Shown piece by piece: positions 59,007-64,000 of a DNA stretch of 64,000 bases. Below the pieces are notes generated by a model. The model was not told the DNA's origin and did no database searches. It saw nothing but the letters and a program-made list of their open reading frames with translations. The stretch comes from an uncultured bacterium (lineage in GTDB: Bacteria; DYJV01): contig CAZIZE010000063.1 in assembly GCA_964543655.1 (NCBI GenBank), positions 23,020 through 87,019 of the forward strand, written 5' to 3'. The translations under genes were made by a program, and so were the position numbers. How positions within the stretch are numbered: position 1 is the first letter of the stretch; each line of letters opens with the position of its first letter.

Positions 59007-61424
59007 TTATATTTGAGGTAGTTTGGCAATATTTGCCTGAAGGTATTGCATTTGGCCATTAAGCTGTGAAAGGGTTGCTTCCATTCTTGCAAATTGGTTT
59101 TGCAATCTTTTTTCTATAGATAAAATTCTATTTTTTTCTCTATCAATTTTAGTATCTATATTATTGATTATGCCGTTATAATTGTCAATTAAAACATTTA
59201 AAGGTCCATGATTAGGATCAAGAAGATCATCCAATTTGTTGTTTAATGTTTTTGTAACACCTGTAAGTAGTCTTATTTCAGCATCATATGTGCCATCTAC
59301 TGATGTATCAACAAGCAATTGTAAACCAGCTTCAGGATTACCAGCTTGACCAACTATATAGTTGCCATCTATAGTGGCATCATGACCATTTATTGTTGCT
59401 GCTGTAATTGTTCCACCTGATACAGTTACTTCAACTTCATAAGTGCCTGGTTCAGTAAGATTTTTTACATGGCTGTCATATGTAATTTTATTGGTTGTGG
59501 TATCATTTCTTCCTACACAATCAGCACCAAAAAGCAGTGCAACATCATCAGGATGATCTTGCAAAGCTTCTTCAAGTTTTGCACTATCTATTTCAAGATA
59601 TTTATCATCAACAGTTTTTATACCAATGGAGCTTAATGAAACGTATCTTTCAGAGCCTGGTGGAGGTTCAATAGAATTGATAGATTTAAATCCTGGTGGA
59701 ATTTCTGTTGCAGTTCTCATAATGTCGTATTGCACCATTTGTGCAGCATAATTACTTTGTAAAGTTCCTGCTTCTTTTGTCTGTGCATCATACTTTACAA
59801 CATCATCCATATATTTCATTAAATCGTTATATGCATCAACAAAGTTTTGTATTTTTTCTTCCATTGCAGAAGTGTCATTTGCAACAACAATAGTGGTATT
59901 ACCTGTAGATTTTAAAGTAATAGTTACACCATCAATAAGGTCTGATATTACATTGGAATCATGCTGAATGTATTGTGTTGGATCAGTTGGAAACCCATCT
60001 AATCTCACCATAGAATTTTGTGCTTCCTGTGTTTTGGTAAAAGTTGCAGATGTGAAATTTGTTGTACCAGAACTCCCATCAAGTGTAGTAGCTGTATCAT
60101 CAATTTCTATAGTATATGCAGCTCCCTGATTTTTACCTGTGAGAACAAGATGGTATGAATTACTTAACCCCTGTCCATCATTAACTATAGTGGCAATAAC
60201 TCCTGGGTTTTTGCTATCTTCATTTATTGCATCAGCAAGATCTTTTAATGTTGCACCATCTGCAACTGATACCTGAATTGTATCACCACCTGCATATTTG
60301 TAAGCAAAAATTTTTGCTGAACCACTGCTATTAATTATAGTATCTTCAGAAGCTACTCCAGCATGTAATTCCTTTTCTGTTTGAGCAAGACCAGAATCCT
60401 GAGCTTTTTGTAAATCTGGTGCCCATAAATCTATTTTGAATTTATCTCCTTCAGTGTAAGTTGTGTTGGCATTTAAGGTAATTTGAACCCCTTGTTCCAC
60501 ATCAAAAGTCCCTGTAGCGCTTGTTTCAATAACTCCTGATTTACCAAGCTCATCATCTGTCCATCTGATTTTTACTGTGTCTCCTGCACCTAAATCTCCA
60601 CCTTGAATTACCTCAAAATTAATTGATTTATTGGTAACTCCAGTGTAGGTGCCTCCACTTGTAACATTACTTGAGCCAGATGTTCCTACAATATCCTCAA
60701 CATCGTCAATATTTGTATTGACAAAGTCTGTGGAAGTGTTGTTGGTTGGCACTGTAATTGTATTAGCACTACCACCTGATTGGCCTGTTAAAACCAATCT
60801 GTAAGGATTACTTGTAGAACTATCATTTAAAATACTTGCAACAATTAATTTATTCCCACTTCCATCATCATTGTCTGAATCACCATTAATTGCATTAGCT
60901 AACTCCTCAAGGCTAAGATCACCACTGCTATCAGCATCATAGGCTGAGGCCTCTGTGTCTGTAACAGTAATTGTATGGCCACCTATAGTTAAAACAATTG
61001 CATTTGTAGCACTACCAAGTGTGTAAACAGAGTCAGTTGAAGCAGAGAATCCCTGAGATGCAAGTTTATGATTAATTGCTGAACCAACAGTGAGATTGTA
61101 TGAACCAGGTTCAGCAAGAGGAGTGTTGGTTACAGTTGCTACACTTTCATTGCTTGAAAGGGAAGTTCTTGAATAAAAGTCGTTAAAAGAATCAAGAGCT
61201 GCAACAGAAGATTGAAAGGTACTGAGTTTTGAGTTATAATTTTGCAGTTCATCTATTTTCTTTTGCCATGATTCTTTCCAAACTTCCATTCTGTTAACTG
61301 TAACAGATTCCTGTTTAACAACGGCATCAATAATACTTTTGTAGTCTATTCCTGAAGCAATACCTGTAAATGTTATTGATGGTCCGGCAGTTGTGCTTAC
61401 TGCATCTGCCATATTTCCCTCCAA
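59007..61424 (-). CDS. fliD: Flagellar filament cap protein FliD (HAP2), long form (805 aa)
   Basis: FliD N-terminal (ITFTGIASGIDYKSIIDAVVKQESVTVNRME...) and C-terminal helical regions (ILSIEKRLQNQFARMEATLSQLNGQMQYLQ); large central insertion. Confidence 0.8.
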   Translation of the reverse strand: MEGNMADAVSTTAGPSITFTGIASGIDYKSIIDAVVKQESVTVNRMEVWKESWQKKIDELQNYNSKLSTFQSSVAALDSFNDFYSRTSLSSNESVATVTNTPLAEPGSYNLTVGSAINHKLASQGFSASTDSVYTLGSATNAIVLTIGGHTITVTDTEASAYDADSSGDLSLEELANAINGDSDNDDGSGNKLIVASILNDSSTSNPYRLVLTGQSGGSANTITVPTNNTSTDFVNTNIDDVEDIVGTSGSSNVTSGGTYTGVTNKSINFEVIQGGDLGAGDTVKIRWTDDELGKSGVIETSATGTFDVEQGVQITLNANTTYTEGDKFKIDLWAPDLQKAQDSGLAQTEKELHAGVASEDTIINSSGSAKIFAYKYAGGDTIQVSVADGATLKDLADAINEDSKNPGVIATIVNDGQGLSNSYHLVLTGKNQGAAYTIEIDDTATTLDGSSGTTNFTSATFTKTQEAQNSMVRLDGFPTDPTQYIQHDSNVISDLIDGVTITLKSTGNTTIVVANDTSAMEEKIQNFVDAYNDLMKYMDDVVKYDAQTKEAGTLQSNYAAQMVQYDIMRTATEIPPGFKSINSIEPPPGSERYVSLSSIGIKTVDDKYLEIDSAKLEEALQDHPDDVALLFGADCVGRNDTTTNKITYDSHVKNLTEPGTYEVEVTVSGGTITAATINGHDATIDGNYIVGQAGNPEAGLQLLVDTSVDGTYDAEIRLLTGVTKTLNNKLDDLLDPNHGPLNVLIDNYNGIINNIDTKIDREKNRILSIEKRLQNQFARMEATLSQLNGQMQYLQANIAKLPQI

Positions 61425-61442
61425 TTAAAATACTCTTACTCT

Positions 61443-61471
61443 TTTATCGGTAATATTTTCCTATACTTTAA
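61443..61471 (-). promoter_or_regulatory. Sigma-28-type promoter upstream of fliD (TAAAG-N15-ACCGATAA on the minus strand)
   Basis: Reverse complement of 61443-61471 is TTAAAGTATAGGAAAATATTACCGATAAA. Confidence 0.45.
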
Positions 61472-61537
61472 TTTTTTGCAATAAAAATACCAAAATAAAT
61501 TATTGTAACAAAAAGTGGAATATGTTAATATTGAAAA

Positions 61538-62650
61538 ATGGATTTTGAACATGGTGGAAATATTATTCAGATGAGCAGAAACCTTGGAGTTGAAGAAAGT
61601 GAATTATTAGATTTTAGTGTAAATATTAATCCATTAGGTTTCCCTGAAAACTTTAAAAAAGTTATAATTGATAATATTAATAAATTAAGCTTTTACCCAG
61701 AAATTTATTCTCAATCATTAAAAGAGGAAATTTCAGCACAATTATCAATCTCTTCTGATAATATTGCAGTAGGTAATGGCTCCACTCAGCTTATTTATTG
61801 TTTGCCAGAAGTATTGAAATTGAAAAAAGCAGTTGTAGTGGAACCAACATTTTCAGAGTATAAAAAAGCATTAATCAGATATAATTGTAAAGTAGAAACA
61901 TTTATGTTAAATGAAGTTGATAATTTTATTATAGATGTTGAGCTATTAATTAACTTTTTGCAACAGAGAGAATTTGATGCACTTTTTCTATGTAATCCCA
62001 ACAATCCCAATGGTTATTTAGTAAAAACAGATGAATTGAAAAAGCTTTCAGAGTTTATGGAAAAGAGTCGAAAATTTTTAATAATTGATGAGGCGTTTAT
62101 TGATTTTACTGGAGAAAGAAGTTTTAGCAGCTTTCAATACAATTATATTGTTATTTTAAAATCCCTAACAAAGATTTTTGCAATTCCTGGGTTGAGGCTT
62201 GGATATTTAAAGGCTAACAGAACTATTATAGAAAGTATAGAAAAAATTTTAGAGCCCTGGTCAGTAAATATATTTAGCCAACTAATAGGAATAGAAACTT
62301 TAAAACAGGATAAGTTTATTGAAAATACAAAAAAATTCCTTGAAAAAGAAAGAGATTTTGTTGTAAAAGAACTCTCTAAAATTAAAGGAATAAAAATCTT
62401 TCCTTCTTATACAAATTATTTGCTTATTAAAATTTTAACATCTGTTAATGTTAATCAATTGGAAAAATATCTTTTGTGTAAAAAGATTTTAATAAGAAAT
62501 TGTTCAAATTTTTATGGATTAGATGAAAAGTTTTTTAGAATATCGATAAATGATCGTAATTCTAACATAAAATTGATTAAGGAATTAAAAGAATTTTTTC
62601 AAATTAATTTAGCAGGAAAGGGAGAAAATGAGGGAACTTTTCAAAGGTGA
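61538..62650 (+). CDS. cobD: L-threonine-O-3-phosphate decarboxylase CobD (class I/II aminotransferase fold)
   Basis: [66 protein letters not shown] parallel the Salmonella CobD signature blocks. Confidence 0.75.
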   Translation: MDFEHGGNIIQMSRNLGVEESELLDFSVNINPLGFPENFKKVIIDNINKLSFYPEIYSQSLKEEISAQLSISSDNIAVGNGSTQLIYCLPEVLKLKKAVVVEPTFSEYKKALIRYNCKVETFMLNEVDNFIIDVELLINFLQQREFDALFLCNPNNPNGYLVKTDELKKLSEFMEKSRKFLIIDEAFIDFTGERSFSSFQYNYIVILKSLTKIFAIPGLRLGYLKANRTIIESIEKILEPWSVNIFSQLIGIETLKQDKFIENTKKFLEKERDFVVKELSKIKGIKIFPSYTNYLLIKILTSVNVNQLEKYLLCKKILIRNCSNFYGLDEKFFRISINDRNSNIKLIKELKEFFQINLAGKGENEGTFQR

Positions 62651-64000
62651 AATTAACCAGGTGCCAATAGAAGATGAGCTTCAAAAATCGTACTTAGAGT
62701 ATGCTATGAGTGTTATTATCGGGAGGGCACTACCTGATATTCGAGATGGTCTCAAGCCTGTTCATAGGAGAATTTTATTTGCCATGCATGAACTTGGCAA
62801 TGTTTATAATAAACCATACAAAAAATCAGCAAGGATAGTGGGTGAAGTTATTGGTAAATTTCATCCACATGGTGATGCTGCTGTTTATGATACTATTGTT
62901 AGAATGGCTCAAGATTTTTCTCTGAGGTATCCTCTTATAGATGGTCAGGGGAACTTTGGCTCAGTTGATGGTGATCCACCAGCAGCAATGAGATATACTG
63001 AAGTTAGAATGGCAAGAATTGCATCAGAGTTTCTTGCTGATATAGATAAAGATACAGTTGATTTTGTACCAAATTACGATTCTTCATTGCAGGAACCAGT
63101 AGTTTTACCAACAAAAGTTCCAAATTTGCTAATTAATGGCTCTTCTGGAATTGCTGTTGGAATGGCTACTAATATTCCACCTCATAATTTACGAGAAATT
63201 ATAGATGCACTTACTTCATTAATTGATAATCCTGATTTGTCAATTGACGAACTTTTAAAAATTGTACCTGGCCCAGATTTTCCAACGTATGGAATTATTA
63301 AGGGTAGAAAAGGGATAGAAGATGCTTACAGAACAGGTAGGGGTAGCATTACTGTTTTTGGCAAAACAGATATTGAAGAATTAAAAGGAAAAAGATTTGC
63401 AATTATTATCAAAGAGTTGCCATACCTTGTTAATAAAGCTAAACTTATAGAAAAAATAGCAGCTCTTGTAAAAATGAAGAAGATAGATGGGATTTCAGAT
63501 ATTAGAGATGAATCTAACAGAGAAGGTATGAGAGTTGTTATAGAATTGAAAAAAGATGCGCAGCCTCAGGTTATCTTAAATTATCTTTATAAACATACAC
63601 AGTTAAAAAGCAACTTTGGGATTATTTTACTTGGAGTTTTAAATAATCAGCCAAGAATTTTCAACTTAAAAAATTTACTTACAAGCTTTATAGACCACAG
63701 GAAAGATGTGGTTATAAGAAGAACAAAGTATAACCTTAAGAAAGCAGAAGAACGGGCTCATATTTTAGAAGGATTAAAAATAGCAGTTGAGAACATTGAT
63801 GAAGTTATTAAAATTATTAGAGGTTCTAAAGATCCAAAGGAAGCTAAACAGGCTTTAATAAATAGATTTGATTTTACACCTATTCAATCACAGGCTATTC
63901 TTGATATGAGATTGCAGAGATTAACTTCATTTGAAATTGACAAGTTAATAGAGGAATATAATCAAATTTTAAAACTTATATCAGAACTCAGGGAAATTCT
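62628..64000 (+). CDS. gyrA: DNA gyrase subunit A (N-terminal part; continues past the window end)
   Basis: [70 protein letters not shown], active-site Tyr region AAMRYTE. Confidence 0.95.
   Translation, partial: MRELFKGEINQVPIEDELQKSYLEYAMSVIIGRALPDIRDGLKPVHRRILFAMHELGNVYNKPYKKSARIVGEVIGKFHPHGDAAVYDTIVRMAQDFSLRYPLIDGQGNFGSVDGDPPAAMRYTEVRMARIASEFLADIDKDTVDFVPNYDSSLQEPVVLPTKVPNLLINGSSGIAVGMATNIPPHNLREIIDALTSLIDNPDLSIDELLKIVPGPDFPTYGIIKGRKGIEDAYRTGRGSITVFGKTDIEELKGKRFAIIIKELPYLVNKAKLIEKIAALVKMKKIDGISDIRDESNREGMRVVIELKKDAQPQVILNYLYKHTQLKSNFGIILLGVLNNQPRIFNLKNLLTSFIDHRKDVVIRRTKYNLKKAEERAHILEGLKIAVENIDEVIKIIRGSKDPKEAKQALINRFDFTPIQSQAILDMRLQRLTSFEIDKLIEEYNQILKLISELREI

Overview
The window is from an AT-rich bacterium whose proteins are rich in Lys, Ile and Asn, which suggests a low-GC anaerobe or thermophile. 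It uses TGA as an ordinary stop codon (for example at 34593-34595). Most of the window is core genome.

Main blocks, in order:
- A class-III-type flagellar block at the 5' end (flgA, flgI, a rod-binding flgJ-like gene, flgM, flgN, flgK, flgL, csrA, fliW). A close sigma-28-type promoter sits upstream of flgM.
- A minus-strand methylmalonyl-CoA module: carboxyltransferase, a split B12-dependent mutase, an epimerase and a gamma-carbonic-anhydrase-like protein.
- A cell-envelope operon (IHF/HU, lytic transglycosylase, PgsA-like, GT2). An overlapping ParB-like and SPL-type radical-SAM gene pair is embedded in it.
- An HgdC-type activase, a subtilase, a GT4 WecA-like gene, a SurA-like chaperone and a CorC/TlyC-like protein.
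- A NapH-like polyferredoxin and a complete DpnII-family GATC restriction-modification pair (DpnA-like methyltransferase plus endonuclease).
- Housekeeping genes (pdxJ, guaA, lolA-like, bioA), followed by a CheY / HEAT-repeat / kinase-like trio.
- A structured repeat-rich intergenic region, then tRNA-Thr(CGU).
- Immediately upstream of the tRNA on the same strand, a tightly overlapping four-gene operon: lexA, a RecA-fold ImuA/SulA-like protein, a small ORF, and an exonuclease-motif-deficient family-B DNA polymerase. This is the most interesting locus. It looks like an SOS mutagenesis cassette analogous to lexA-imuA-imuB-dnaE2, but built around a PolB.
- typA, an M23 peptidase, secA, mnmA, cysK, and a MiaB-like methylthiotransferase.
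- A 64-codon redox-disulfide-family ORF with an in-frame TGA at the first Cys of its CxxC motif (UxxC). It has a strong Shine-Dalgarno sequence and is a candidate selenoprotein.
- tgt, an MqnA/D-family gene, a class II (B12-dependent) ribonucleotide reductase, and a six-gene block of unknowns that includes a GT9-like protein and a His-rich small protein.
- fliS and fliD, cobD, and the 5' part of gyrA.

No CRISPR array, rRNA, transposase or integrase was seen.
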